Of a DNA stretch of 64,000 nucleotides, positions 32,455 through 46,521 are shown one piece after another. The stretch is from assembly GCF_009914755.1 (NCBI RefSeq), contig NC_060944.1; one strand, given 5' to 3'. Every line of letters starts with the position of its first letter. The stretch's first letter is position 1. Position numbers and translations under genes: made by a program. A model generated the notes under the pieces. The model was not told where the DNA came from and searched no databases. It worked only from the letters and a program-made list of their open reading frames with translations. The DNA comes from the human T2T-CHM13v2.0 reference genome, Homo sapiens.

Positions 32455-32960
32455 CTGTGTTATGTGTGGCTACAAAACAAATCACTCGGAAGATAGCAGC
32501 TGAATGCAGCAACACTTATCCCCTCCCCGTGCTGTGGGTTGGGGATCTTCCCCTGGTGCAGCGTCTCTGCCTGCTGTTGTCAGGTTGTTGGCTGGGGCTG
32601 CAGTCATCTGAGGGCTTGCCTGGGGCTGGCGATGTGCTTCCGGGCAGGCTCACAACAGGCTGCTGGCAGGTCTCAGGGCCTCACAGGCCATTAGCTGGAG
32701 GCAGCAGGTCCTTGCTGTTTGAGCCACCCTCCGAGCAAGGTCTCTGAGCGAGAGATAGGGATAAAGAGCGAGCAAACAAGATGGAAACTCCCATCTTTTT
32801 CTGTGACCTAATCCCAGGAGTGATATCTCATCACTTCTACCTTTTTCTTTTGGTTAGAGGTGAGACATCAGGACCTGCTCACATGAGGGGGAGGGACTGC
32901 ACAAGGACATGAATACCCAGACGTGGGGGCCACAGGGGCCATCCTGGTGGTGTCTACCTA
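32455..32960 (-). mobile_element. MLT1-type MaLR LTR remnant
   Basis: Resembles MLT1 consensus (tctcatcacttctacc...caaggacatgaatacc...ggggccatc); subfamily uncertain. Confidence 0.55.
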
Positions 32961-33625
32961 GACAGGAGCCATTTACAAGTGGAGGGAGAGGCCGCTTGTG
33001 TCAGGAAAAGCTTCACAGAGGAGGTGGCATTTGCTGTGGATCTTACAGGATGAGTTGGAGTTTGTCAGGCAGCCATGATTAGCTCTCGTCATTGTTGCTA
33101 TGATTGTTTGACTCAATTATTGCAGGACTTTGAGCCATAGACTCTGCACACGCACAGGCCACAGCTTTCTTGAGAAGATGTGTCATGTAAACCAAAGAGG
33201 CAGTGGTGCAGGGACTGTGGGAGCGAGTGTGAAAGGGCGGTGCAGTCCCTGAGTGCTCAAAGGATTCAGGAAGTGGGGACGAGCATGGGCTGGGGCAGCC
33301 TTGAGGTGTTATCCAAACATCGTTTCATTCTGCAATCCTGTTCTTTTCTTTCTGGAAAGGATACAATATTTTTTTCCCTTAGTGGGTTTTCTTGCTTAAC
33401 AAACAACACTTTGCATAGAATTTGTTTGCAATCTCAGACATTGGAGCTAATTTGCATTCCCCAATCCCACACTGGCCAGGGGCAGGAGAAGGGGCAGGGA
33501 GCCCCAGGCTCAGGCAGGCGGCTCTCCAGGAGAAACACCAGCCGGCCAGAGTTTCCAGGGGCCTCTGGGAGTTCCCCGCTCAGCTCAGCCCGAGCCTAAC
33601 CCAGTTCTCCCCACGCTTTCCATAG

Positions 33626-33768
33626 GAATCTATGGGGTTGGCAAAGCCGCCCTGCATCCCCCAGCCCTGGCCGTCCTCAGCCACACCCCAGATGGAGCCA
33701 CGCAGACCATCGCCTGGGTGGGCAAAGGCATCGTCTATGACACTGGAGGCCTCAGCATCAAAGGGAAG
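33626..33768 (+). CDS. NPEPL1: NPEPL1 exon 6 (..IYGVGKAA...WVGKGIVYDTGGLSIKGK)
   Basis: M17 metal-binding GKG..yD.GG.siK motif; 143 nt restores phase 0. Confidence 0.96.
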
Positions 33769-33998
33769 GTGAGGTGCGGGCTGGCTCTCAGGGTGCCCTG
33801 GGGGAGGGGAGGGGAAGGTGAGGTGCAGGGCCCGGCTCTCCCGGGTGCCCTGGGGGTGGGGTGGGGTGGGGTGGGGAGGGGAAGGTGAGGTGTGGGCCCG
33901 GCTCTCCAGGGTGCCCTGGGGTTGGGGTGGGGTGGGGTGGGGAGGGGAAGGTGAGGTGCCGGCAGGCTCTCCAGGGTGCCCTGGGGGGGGGGGAGGGG
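33763..33998 (+). repeat. G-rich minisatellite (4 units, spacing 49/67/66 bp), each starting with the exon-6 donor GGGAAG|GTGAGGTG
   Basis: GT dinucleotides at 33769, 33818, 33885 and 33951. Confidence 0.93.
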
Positions 33999-36959
33999 CC
34001 CAGTTTGGGTCCAGCCAGCCCTCTGAGAGGTGTCATGGGGTGGGGGGCGGCGAGGTTTCTGGGGGTTCTGGGTTGGGGTGGGTTCGGGGAGAGTGCGCAG
34101 GGCGGGTTCCCATGTGCTGAGGCGACAGCTTCACGTGGCTCCCTGGGTTTCATGCCCACCCTTCAGAAGGGTCTGGAAACAAAAGCCTGGCCAGGGCCCA
34201 AGAGCAGCCCCGGAAATGACGGAAGAAATGGCAAGCAGGGCCAGGGAGGCAGGGCTTGCTGCTTGGGGGCTTTGTCCCGAGAAGAGAAGGGCAAGGGGAC
34301 GCCTGTGTCTCTGAGTCTGCCCATGGTCCCCACTGAGAAAACGCTCAGAGTGGCCACACAAGACCCTCCAAAGGCACGTGACCCCCAAGAGCGAGGGGAA
34401 TCTGGGCACGGCACAGAAGCGAGTCACCCGGGAACATCCCGGTGCGGTGGCCCTAGAAGCCTGTCCCGTGGTACGGCTTTCTGTCCTGCCATCCCAGGAG
34501 GACAGGTGCTTGTGGAGCCCCCGTCGTGGCCGAGTCTGCCCGCCCCAGCAAGCCCTGCCCTCCTCCGCACCATCTCCATCCATTCATCCTACACACCGTG
34601 TGAGCAGCCTCTGTGCTCAGGCCTGGGCTGGGAAGGACAGGGAGGGAGCAGACTGGGAAGTACATACCTCAGGAGGTCTGGAAGGAGCAGGGAGTGCATC
34701 CGCAGCAGACACTGCAAACTAGCAGCCTGCAAGGCTCACGGAGGCCTGGCATTTTTAAAATTTGAATTAGCTACCAATATTTGAAACCAGGAAGGATTCT
34801 CATCAAAGCCTGGATTTCCGGCCTTTTGTGCACTCAGAAGGTCTGCCAGTGCTGGCGTTCTGTTCCCGCCTGGCAGCATTCCCCTGCAGCCAGTGGGCCT
34901 GCCCCTGGTGTCACCCATTCTCCAGTTTGGTTTGCGGTAGGCCCCACCACTTGCTGCTGCCTTCCTGACACTGAGCCCTAGTGTCAGCTGCTGTTCAGGG
35001 TGGCGCTGGTGCAGCTCGCCGCGCTCTCTAGCACGCCTAGTTTATTTCATACCTGGAGAGGATGAGCAGTTCCCATCCCTCCTCTAAACCACAAAACTGT
35101 TTAGAACTAAGCAGAAAATGACACTAATCATAAAAAGGGTTTTTTGTTTTTTTTTAATAGAAAAAACATGCCTCCCTATGGGTCTCTTGGGGTAATAGAT
35201 GGTGGAATGAATGTTTGTTTCTGGCTTTGGGTCTTAGCATCTACACGTTTGACAATGGTTTCATTTAAATTGATCTTCTTTACTAATGTATGTTCAGTAG
35301 GCAGAGTTGCCAGCTGTCTTCACTCATAGTTGGTCCAAGAATACTATCTGTTAACTTTGATTTTGAAGAGCTCCAATCTCGTGAGGCAACAGATACACAG
35401 ATACTTAGGAAAAGTCTTTAATACGGTATCATTTGGCAGAGATTCTTAAAAATCCCATTTCACAGTAAATTCCAGCAATCACAACACCCACTGTGTGTTC
35501 AGTTCTTCAGGGTGGATTCTTGTGGCTTTCAGATGTCTGCAGAACAAAAGCATTTTGGACACAGTAACTCCAAGTGTTCACATGGAATGAGGGAAGTGAA
35601 GGAACGCAGGTTCCGCGTCTTCGTTTTGACCATCCCGCACTCTCGTGTTTTATTTTGGGTCCTCTGTTTCGACACCGGGAGGTAGGAAATCATGGGCCCT
35701 GGAGGCCCCGACTGTGCCCAGAGCCAGCCCACAGGATCTGACTGTCAGAGCGATTCTCAGAAGGAATGTGGGTAGTAGATTTTGTGTCGGGTCATTGCTA
35801 ACGTCCATGTAATGTTACTTTCAGGATAAGTAACAACGATATGCGAATTTGAAGCTTTTGTTTGTGTGATTAAAACGCAACCGTAGCCACAGCAATTTTT
35901 TAAACTTCAATCAACAACAGATTTTCGGAGGAGGAATATGTTATTGCTGACTTTGTTCAGAGATACCGGCACACGGTGGTAATAAGCAAACTGACTTCTA
36001 GTCGGTTATGATTCCTAAATTCGCCACAGATAGTGCACCCCCTACTGCCTGCACCTGGTACTGGCTGCTCCCACCCTCGCACGCACCCTCAATACCCACG
36101 GTCACCCTGGAAGCCGCTACATTCTGGCTGGTAGAGTCGTGGACCCTCTTCTCCTTGGATCAGATGCTTGTTTTTGATGTCGGCTTGTTGTGGACCAATG
36201 TGAGAAGATGAGCTTCCTGGGAATTCATTCGTTTGCTTGTGGCACTAACTCTAGTCACTTAGGGAAAATATCGTTGCACCTGACTTCATCTCATGTGGCT
36301 GTGGGTAGACCTGTGCAGTTAGTCAGCTCCCGGCCTGGAAATTAACACAAAGGAAAAACCTGACCACACAGGCCTTCCCTAGAGGCCACAGCTGCACAGC
36401 CTTCAGGGAAGCTGTGGTCTGAGGGTGGCTGGTAGAACTGCCAGAGAGTAGGGCATTTTCCATGGCTCCAGATCACCTTCTGAAAATGCGACTATAGCCC
36501 CTGCCTATTCCCGGGGTCCACCTGGTCTGCAGACCCCATAATACCAGGAAGAGCTGGGTGTTCTGGCACCAGTGAAACAATACCTGGTTTTTTATTTTAA
36601 ACCAGCCCATCTTCCCCGCTGCAGTTGGAACCGTTCTACGTGGATTTGGGATCAACCAGCAGGCCTTTCCTGAGCTGTTACTGTGTGGAGTGGGCGCTGA
36701 GGCTCCAGCCATTGATGCAAAGACCCCAATCCTGACCTGAAGGCGCTCACAATCTCTCCCCAACGGCCTGGTGTGAAACGCAGACGCAACGCAGCAGGCA
36801 TTCTCCCCAGTGGCTGCCTGTAGAGCAAATGGTGCAGAAATGGTCACTCCTCAAAAAGCAAGCCGGCTGGAGCCAGCCCAGCTCCCAGTTTTGCAAGAAA
36901 AAAAAAATCACAGCTCCATTTTCAAAGATTTCAAGGGCAGCTCAAGACCAGCCTGGACT

Positions 36960-38240
36960 AGCAGGCCTCAAATGCATTACTGGAGACCCCTTTACGCTCT
37001 TAACAAGTACCGACCCCAAAGAGGCTTTTTGTATAACAATGTCTATTGATATTTACTCTACTGGAAATTAAAAGTGAGAAATTTATAACATGTATAATTC
37101 ATTAAAAATAACATATAAATCCATTGCATGTTATCATAAATAATTTTATGAAGATAAGCATCTTCCAAAATGAAAAAATAATTTACTGAGAGAGTAGCAT
37201 TGTTGTACATTTTCACAAATCCTGTCAGTGTCTGGCTTAATAGAAGACAGCTAGGGACCTTGCGTCTGCTTCCGATGTAGTCTATGGAAATGTGTTGTTT
37301 CAGTTGAACTGTATCAAGAAAATCTGGCCTCACGCATTTTATAGTTGAAACAGGGAAAAGGATTTTAGTACCTTTTTCAGCTAACTAACTATGAACATTC
37401 TTTGCTACTACACCAAAACTCAACAAGTGGTAGCTTCTTAAAGGCTGGTTATAACATGGAATCTGAAGCCTCATGAATAGACTTTTGGGCTCTGTGGCAG
37501 TTAAATCCGCTGTTCTCTCTCACTTTGAACATGTGGTTTTTCATGGAAAAATGAATGTTCACTTGAAAAATGTTGGTTCACAGAGTTCTGCAGAAATTCA
37601 AATTTTTGACACATTACATTATATAGTATCAAAAAATCACTTAATATCACCATCCATCTCATCAGAAAACTCATTATGAGGAAGTTGTCATGGTGATAGG
37701 AGAAAGTTTTTCAAAATTCTGATTTTTGCTTAAAAGCTCAAATGTATACCATTGGCAATAAATAATGTCAGCTGTTTCTGGAAGTAAGAGGCTCAGTTTG
37801 TTCCTTTTCTGGGAAATATCTGCCAGATACCTAAATCCAATTAAATGCCATTTGTCTGTCAGTTTTTCTTTCAAGTAAAGATGGTGTCGTGGCCAGAGTG
37901 GCTCATGGAGCTCAGAACTCCCCCAGCAATCACAGCTGAGCTTCTGCTCTGACCGACCACTGCCCGTCAGCAACAGCAGGAGTACATTATGAGTCACACG
38001 GAATATGGAAAATGTATTGTACCCAAGGGTTGAGAGTTTTAAAAATTAATTTTACTGCTTCAGCAAGGAAATTCTAACGTGAAATTGGCATTGGTTCATT
38101 TTCCCAGAGGGCACGGAAACGAATACAGTGGCTCCCGGACCTCTTTGGGACTGTGGCCTGATACTCCAGCACAGGGGGTGTAAGTGTCAGCCCCGTGAAA
38201 AAGGCAGAGACCGTCTTAAATCACTGCGAAAATGGTTTCT
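36960..38240. mobile_element. hAT-Charlie (Charlie2-like) DNA transposon remnant
   Basis: gacccctttacgctctt...ccccaaagag and gtgaaaaaggca...aaaatggttt resemble Charlie2 from memory. Confidence 0.5.
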
Positions 38241-39732
38241 TCTATAAAAACAGAAACAACATATGGGGGCTGGTGAAACTTTGCACAATCAATCAGTTGA
38301 GCTGTATTTGCAAGCCCAGTCCTGGCTCCACCTGCAATTGGGAAGGAGCTGGCAGCTGTGACGGGGGAGACATGGTGTACAGTGAGCAGCCGTTTCCAGG
38401 CATTGCTGTGTGACCCATTTTGCACATGGTTTGATTCCAGATCGGAGGCCCTGTTTTTCCATTTAAACAATCCTGTGCTTTCTCAAACAGATTAGCTCAG
38501 AAGAGATGGCTTATTTTCAGTAGTACAAGATGGGTCATTTTCACTCAATTATAAAAGCAGCTCAATTTACATCTAAAAATACTTTGCACTAAAATTCAAA
38601 GCTTGTGTAATAAGATAAGGGTTCAAAAATGATTCAGTAAATTTCATACCCAAACCTTTACCTCTGAGGACCTGCTGTTAATTTAAAATATGAACTTGTG
38701 AATTTGATTTGGGAACCTGTAAAATGTAAAAATGTGTAACACTGTCAACCAGCGTATAGGAAACAGTGTGGACACTGCAGGAGAAGGGTGGCCCCTCTTT
38801 AGACCCAGGTTAACCAGGAGGTGTGAACTATTAACCAGGAGGTGTGAACTAGCAGGAGGGCAGAGGTGGCCCCTTCTTCTGGCGATAGACCTGGCAGTGA
38901 CATGAAGGAGCGACAGGTGTCCTCACTGCTGGTGGTGTCAGTGGGGGTGGATGTGACTGATTTTGGCGAAGAGTTCACATCAACCCTCACCATCATTCAA
39001 GGTTGTGATGAGGGGCAGAGAATGCTGAGCCTAAGTCTCGTTAGGTGGTAAAGCCCTCTAAGTGCCAGGGAGAGGAAGCTAGGCCCTGTTCTGGGGGGCG
39101 ACAGGTGGCCAGGGCAGGTTTGCATTGCGGCAGCAGCCCCTCAGGCTTCCTCCCTGCCATAAGCACACTAGGAATCTGCAATGGGTGCAGGAAGCACGCA
39201 AGCCCACCCAGGTCCCTGAGGTGCTGGCCAGGGACCTCCAGCAAGCCCCAGAGGCTCCCTGGACCTCAGCTTCCTTCTCACGCTGTGCGGAGGAGTGGAG
39301 AGAGTGGCCCTGCAGACAGACCCCCAGGCGGCGTGGCAGCCCGGGACTGAGGTCAGGGTGCCCGGCGTCAAAGCACGGGGTCCCTGTTTCAATGTCAGAG
39401 CCCGGCCACAGCGAATTCTGCAGCTCCGGGCATCTCCTCGGGTTCCCCCTCCGTGCAGTTACTGTTTGATAACCCCAAAGTTCTGTCAAAACAAAAGGGA
39501 GCCTCACCATCTATGGCCATGACTCCCTGTTGCTTCTGGAGAACACCCCACTTGGCCAATATGAGGTTCATGAGTTCTGTGGGTGCCCAGGAGGCCTGGT
39601 GTGGGGGCTGCCCAGGCCTGAGAGCTGGGGAAGGTGGGGCTAGCGTGGGGCCGGGTGGGGGTGGGGGGCTTCCGCTGCCAGGCCTGGACCTCACAGCTCA
39701 CCTTTGTCCTGGTCCCTTTGTACCACCCGCAG

Positions 39733-39810
39733 ACTACCATGCCGGGGATGAAGCGAGACTGCGGGGGTGCTGCGGCCGTCCTGGGGGCCTTCAGAGCCGC
39801 AATCAAGCAG
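39733..39810 (+). CDS. NPEPL1: NPEPL1 exon 7 (TTMPGMKRDCGGAAAVLGAF...)
   Basis: M17 MK.D..GAA motif; AG/GT, 78 nt. Confidence 0.96.
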
Positions 39811-40414
39811 GTGAGTGGGCCCTGCCCGCCCTCTGCAGGGGCATCCTGGGTGTGCCTCGTGGGTGCTCCCCTCTCCCCTGTCCGTCCCGCCACAGGCCCC
39901 ACCAGGGTCCTACCCGAGTCTCCCCAGCGGATGCTTGTCCCCCCTCTGCCCCCAGGCTCTTCTGGGGCCCCCAGAGCTTCCCGCCTTCATCAGAGCTGCT
40001 CTGGGAGGCCCCGAGGGCAAGGTGCAGCCATGTTCTCTGCTCAGGGCCTGCCTTGGCTCCAGAGCCCCATGAGCGGTTGGCTCAATGAGGAAGCCTGGCC
40101 TAGACCCTCATGGCATGTGGCAGGCAGAAGCTCATGGCAGGGGCACACGTTGTTCTGCGTACCCCTCCCGCAACCCTTCTTTGCAGCAGAGCTGCCTCTG
40201 GTGACTGGTCTCACCAAGTCACCACCTCCAACCCCCAGGCCTGGCCAGGCCCCCTTCCTCTCTTGCGTGGGCAGGTGCCCCAATGCTTAGCCCTTGCTCA
40301 GTGGCAGTAGTCACTCGGGGGGCGTGGGGGGGGTGGGGGGTGACCTTGAGTGACCTTCCCATGGAGCCCAGATGTCCCTGGGGCCATAAAAAGTGCTTAT
40401 TAAACAAATGAAGA

Positions 40415-40699
40415 GGCCAGCTCATGCTGGTAATCCCAGAACTTTGGGAGGCGGAGGCAGGAGGATGGCTTGAAAGCCAGAAATTCAAGACTACCCATAG
40501 CAACCTTGCAAGACCCCGTTTCTATAAAAAAAAATTTAAAAACTAGCCAGGCGTGGTGGCGCGCACCTGTAGTCTCAGCTACTTGGGAGGCTGAGGTGGC
40601 GGAGGATCGATTGAGCCCGGGAGGTTGAGGCTGCAGTGAGCTAAGATCCCACTGCTGCACTGCAGCCTGGGAGATAGAGCGAGACCCTGTCTAAAGAAA
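40415..40699 (+). mobile_element. AluJ
   Basis: Diverged Alu with AluJ diagnostics (aggaggatggcttga, gaggctgcagtgagct). Confidence 0.85.
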
Positions 40700-42642
40700 C
40701 AGGCCAATGAGGAGTGTGCATTGACTCATCAGCCGAGGTTTTACCTTCCTAGCCTACCTTTCTCAGGCCAGCAACCCAGTTCCTTGGGGTAAACTTGAAA
40801 TGGAAAAACAAAAAGGCCTTGGCAAGTAGTTTCCAATCTGGAGGGTCCTGCTCCTGGCCGTGAGGGAGGAGGAGGAATCCCAGGAGGAAGGAGCTCCTTC
40901 TGCCGGGGCTTCCCAGCTGGCCGTGCACATTCCAGACTGTGTGACGGGCTTCTGCTACCAGGCCCAGCCGGTGGGGACACGGAGGTGCGGGGCTGAGGCG
41001 GCCTGGGCAGGAGGGGCTGGCAGGCCCTCACCTGTGCTCTGCACGGGTTTGGAAACGGCCTCTTAGGGCTCACGGCTGTTTCTCTCGTGCTGAGCACACA
41101 GCTGGGGCTGTACGCAGCCTGCAAGCCCCATGCCTCCATGAGCACCTGCCGTGGCCCGTCCACTGCAGAGCCTGTCGGAAGAGGCTGGAGGAGGAGCATG
41201 TGTCCTCTGTGCGCTACTCCTTCACTGGTTATAAACTACCAAGGGACACGGCTGGCACTCAAGGAGGGTCTTGACTGCCCCAGCATCATAGGCCACGGGG
41301 CAGGGTGGCTCTGGGCTCCCACTACCTGGCCCTCCTCCTTGCCTCTGCCCAGGCCCCGTGGCTTTGGCAGATGGGCTCACCAGAAGAATGCTGAGGCGGA
41401 CGGGCCCAGCTGTGCGGTGCTCGCTGGGCAGCTCTCTCTGAAGGGAGCAGTTGCTGCTCTGGGGTGGCACGGGGGCAGGGGTGGGCAAGTGGTTCTGGAG
41501 GAGCCGTGTGGCCAGCCCTCTGTGGCCGTCTTTGCCGTTCACCCCTGGTTACTCCTCCAACAGAGGGTCTGTCCTGCCTCTGGGACAGGCTGGCTGGGAA
41601 TGCCCCAGCAGGAAGACTCTTCTGAGCTTGAATTCCCTGTTCACAGGAAGCCACTTGACAAATGATCACAGATTCATCAGGCAGCAGCCGTGAGTGTTCT
41701 CAGCACTCCTCCACCTCTAGAGGTGCTGCGGCCTCTAGAGGTGGAGGAGCACCTCTAGATTTGAGGGGTGCTGAGGACACCCCACCCCCACTCTGGACAA
41801 AGATCCCCCTCCCACAAGAGCTCCAGCCTGGAGGCTCCACTGTGAACGCGAATGTCCTGCTTGGCCTTCACATATCCTTGTTGGCCTCTTAGAAAGGAAT
41901 ACGCCTCTGTCTGAGCCACAGAATCAATCCTCAGGGTAATGCATTTACCCAGAGAATAAAATCAGCATCCACGTGTCCACACTGGTAGGAATAGATCACT
42001 GAAGGAATAAATGAATGGGGGAGAACCGTTTCTCACACTGAATCCCAGTTTCAGGCTGCAGAGGTAGTGATGGAAACAGGAAGTCGTCACCCCACAGCCA
42101 GGCTTCATTCCAGGTGAGAGTGGCCCACAGTGCTGGAACTGGAGCATGAGAGTGGGATGGGAAGAGGACAGTCAAATGCTCTCAGAGTGCCTCTCGCAGC
42201 TTTATAGTGGTGACACTCACAACCCAGCCTAACCAGGTGTCCCAGGGCATGTCACCAGGGCAGGGACAGAGCCACCTGACATGCCTCCAGAGGCAGTGTA
42301 CAGGGAAGGACAGAGCATTTCTGCAGGATTCCCACCAAAAATGCATGGCCTGCCTGTAGTCACAAGGACACGTCAGACAAACCCAGCACTGAAAGTGCCA
42401 AGGCCACAAAAGACAAAGCCAGACTATGCAGTCGCCCAGATTAAGGAGGGCAAGCAGGCCAGGCTTGATGTGTGGTCTGATCTGATCTGGACGTCTGAGG
42501 AGCACATGGAATCTGGATGGTCCCGAGAGGTGATGGTCCTGTGTTGGTGATTACTACCCCCTGCTGCCCATTGTCCCATGGCTGGACAAGATGCTGACAT
42601 TGGCAGAATCTGGGTGAAGGGTGTTGAGGAATTGTTTGTGGC

Positions 42643-42943
42643 TTTTTTTTTTTTTTTTTTTTTCCCGAGATGGTGTCTTGCTCTGTTGCCCAGGCTGGTG
42701 TGCAGTGGTGCGATCTCGGCTCACTGCAACGCCTCCCAGGTTTAAGTGATTCTCCTGCCTCAGCCTCCAGAGTAGCTGAGATTACAGGCATGTGCCACCA
42801 CCCTTGGCTAATTTTTGTATTTTTAGTAGAGACAGGGTTTCACCTTGTTGGCCAGGCTGGTCTTGAACTCCTGACCTCAAGTGATCCGCCCACCTCAGCC
42901 TCCCAAAGTGCTGGGATTCTGGCATGGGCCACTGCTCCTGGCT
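42643..42943 (-). mobile_element. AluS within an old L1M fragment
   Basis: Reverse Alu; duplication tgtttgtg(g/a)ct. Confidence 0.88.
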
Positions 42944-43659
42944 GTTTGTGACTATTTCTGCAATTTTTTTGTAAGTTTGAAATTATTTCACAGTGAAATG
43001 TTTTGAACTTTTTAGAAAGAGGATGTACCATTCAAAGATGGAAGGGTACGCCAGGAGCTCGGTGGCCCTGGGCTCTGGGGGTGTTAGCGACCCTCCAAGC
43101 CTGGCACCAAAAAAAAAAGCCCCTGACCCACTTACCAACCCAAAACCCTTGGCCGCCCTGGGGGACCAGGCCCAAGCCCTGGCGTAGCACTGGAGACCCT
43201 TCCCACGCTGTCGCTGAAGCACTCACAGTCCAGCCCCATCTTTGGCCACCCTCTTCTGTTAGACCAGCAAGTCCCAACTGTGCCAGGTAACACCCAGGAA
43301 GTGTGTGAACATTGACAGCTCCAGGGCTCACCTCCAGCTCTGCTGAGTCTTGGATTTTTTCAGCCGCTCCTGGTGATTGGAGAACACCTCCAGACTGGCC
43401 GTGAGGGCCGCAAGGGCAGGGCCGTGCCTGTGCTGTCTCTGTGTCACGTCTTCCAGCCGTGCAGACCTCAGCACTGTTTGCCCCAGGACTGCAGCTCGCT
43501 CGTCTTCTAAGCCAGCACTTCTCAAGTGGGGTCCCCATGTTGTTAGTAATATGGGTTCTCAGCTCTGCCCCAGACCTGCTGGATCAGAAATTAGGGGCAG
43601 GGCCCAGCCTTCAGCGGGTAGCAGCCCTCCCTGGGAGGCTGAAAGCATCCATTTGGGAA

Positions 43660-43746
43660 TCCTCCTCCTCCCCGCTCCTCCCTCCTCCCCCCCCGCCTCC
43701 TCTCCTCCTCCTCCTCCCCCCCTCCTCCCCCTCTCCTCCTCCTCCC
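43660..43746. repeat. (CCT)n/C-rich polypyrimidine tract
   Basis: Directly visible. Confidence 0.85.
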
Positions 43747-45083
43747 CACGCCCCAGCAGGCTACAGATCCAGAACTCTGCTTTCTAGGAGGACTTCAGGG
43801 CTCCCCTCCTTTGTTGGTGGAGCTCATCTCTGTGGCGTCCATGGCCTGGAGCCCCATGGCCTCATCCTGTGACCTCAGGGTCATGCTGTCATTTATTCGT
43901 TGTTCCTAAACACCCACTTCTCCCTGGAATGACCACAGGAGGCCTCAGCACAGGGACAGGCCGTGGTCACTGTACACACAGATGGAATGTCAGTGCTGGG
44001 GTATCTGGGGAGGAGCTCTGAGAGGAGGAGGCTGAGGGTCCTGAAGCCCCTGCCCCGTGTCCCTGACACAGGCTGGGCTGCGAGAGTGGGAGCGGGGGAC
44101 TTGGGGCCCTTGTGGAGCTGACAGGTGGCTCCGATATCATCACCCTGAGGCTGGTGGGGTTCTTTCCCCTGTGCTGCGTGGGGGTGCGGGGCCATCTGTG
44201 AGGCTCAAGGACTGAGCGGGGACCCAGGGAGGTCTCAGGGACTCGCAGCTGCCATGCCCAGCACCACTGCTGCAGCTCCTGCCACTGGCCACTCCTTGCC
44301 CTGCTGGCTGCCCCTGCCCCACCATCCCAAGTGTTTGCCTTTGGTGAGGGCTCTGCACCCGTGGTGGAAGAGTCGGCTGTTCCAGGAGATGAGAAAGACG
44401 CTGGATCCTATAGAGCTGTGTGTCCGCGCTCTCGAGGCATGCTCCATGCTAGGAGGATGTATTCTGGTTAAAGATTCGTCTGCGGGAGCAGAGGAAGGGC
44501 AGGGACAGGGGTCTGGGAGCTCTACTCCATTTGACATTGCTGCCCGGGTGTGGCCCGCTTCGGGGTCGGGGGCACCCTTAGAACCTGTGCAGGGCAGGAA
44601 CTGCCACCATCTGTTGGCCACACATTTCTCAGTGAACAAATGACTTTTGGCATCAGAAAGCCATAACTTCACACCTAAACTTCCACGAGGCTGAGCTCTT
44701 CCTGCCCCTCTGTGTGTGTGTGTGTGTGTGTGTATTGAGGGGACGCGGCTGCTGGCCACCTTCTGTCGGCACAGGTTGGCGAGGCTTCATGACTGCCCAG
44801 CCCATGCAGTCCAAGAGTCCCACAGCCCAGCCCATGCCCAGGCTCATCCACTGCGGCGGGTGGCCTCTGCCAGGGGAGGCTAGGAAACCCCAGTGGTGAG
44901 CCTTGGCCTTGGGATCTGCCAGGACTGTACCCGGGATGGCAGGGAGGGCGAGCTTTGGTCCCTGCAACTTGGAGCCATCTCTCTCTCTCCTGCTGTCTGT
45001 GGGTCTGAGAACCCCCAGCTCGTCCTCCCCCCTCCCCAAACCTATGACCTACAACTGGAGCCTCTGCCCACTTCTCCCTCCAG

Positions 45084-45184
45084 GGTTTCAAAGACAACCT
45101 CCACGCTGTGTTCTGCTTGGCTGAGAACTCGGTGGGGCCCAATGCGACAAGGCCAGATGACATCCACCTGCTGTACTCAGGGAA
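45084..45184 (+). CDS. NPEPL1: NPEPL1 exon 8 (GFKDNLHAVFCLAENSVG...YSG)
   Basis: AG/GT, 101 nt; LAEN motif. Confidence 0.95.
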
Positions 45185-45716
45185 GTACGTCTGGCCCTCC
45201 CACTCCTTCCTGCCCACTGTTGGAACTCGCGACCCTTCCCGGCCTGCAATGCCAGCTCACTCCAGGCATATCGGGAGGGCACTCAGCGTTGGGGTCCCCT
45301 GGGCAGCAGGCTCCTTGCTTCCCGGAGGGCTGGGGAGCTTTGGTAGCAGGCGCACCTCACGTTGAGGGGCCCATGGCACCTGGATGAGGTGCTAGGCTCC
45401 CGTGCAGTGCCTGGCCCAGGAGCTCGTGGTCTACCCTGCATTACCAGGACAGGTCTTTCCAAAATTTAGGCCTGAAATCTTTGGGTGTGTGAAGCTCTGA
45501 CCCCCAGATTCCCTGCTCGGGGACACCTCCTGCATCTCCCCCTTGAGATTGACCCTGGAAAGTCAAAGCTGAGCTGGCAGCTGAGGAGCAAGTGGCTCCA
45601 GAATTCAAAAGAGAAGAGCCCTCTCCCCAGCCCCATGAGCTGGTGCCTGAGTGGGCGCCTCCCCGCATCTCCTGCTCTTCCTCCCCATCTGCCGGGTGCC
45701 AGGCACAGTGTGCTGA

Positions 45717-46259
<543 letters not shown>

Positions 46260-46521
46260 TAACTGGGCACGAGGAGGCAGGAGGAGCTGCCCGTCAAGCT
46301 TGGTGTGGGCAGTACCGAGGCCCAGGCTGGATGCAGAGCCGGGAACCGCCTCCTGTGTGCTTCATGGCCATGGTCCTTTCTGCCTGTGTTTTTTCTTTTT
46401 TTCTCAACCGTCTCTTTTCTGGCTCCCTTATTTCTCTGTCTGCCTCCCGGTCCCTCTTTTGCCTTGGGTGTTTCTCTCCTGCCGTCCCGTCCACACGCTT
46501 CCCGGGTTCCTGCCCGCCCAG

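Noticed and set aside
33861-34784. 307-aa intronic ORF
   Set aside because: Starts in a G-rich repeat at a non-ATG codon, low complexity, no recognisable domain
38810-38851. Short tandem duplications (21 bp here; about 24 bp near 51904 and at 53123; 16-bp repeat near 14246)
   Set aside because: Two-copy slippage events with no spacers or other structure; not CRISPR-like
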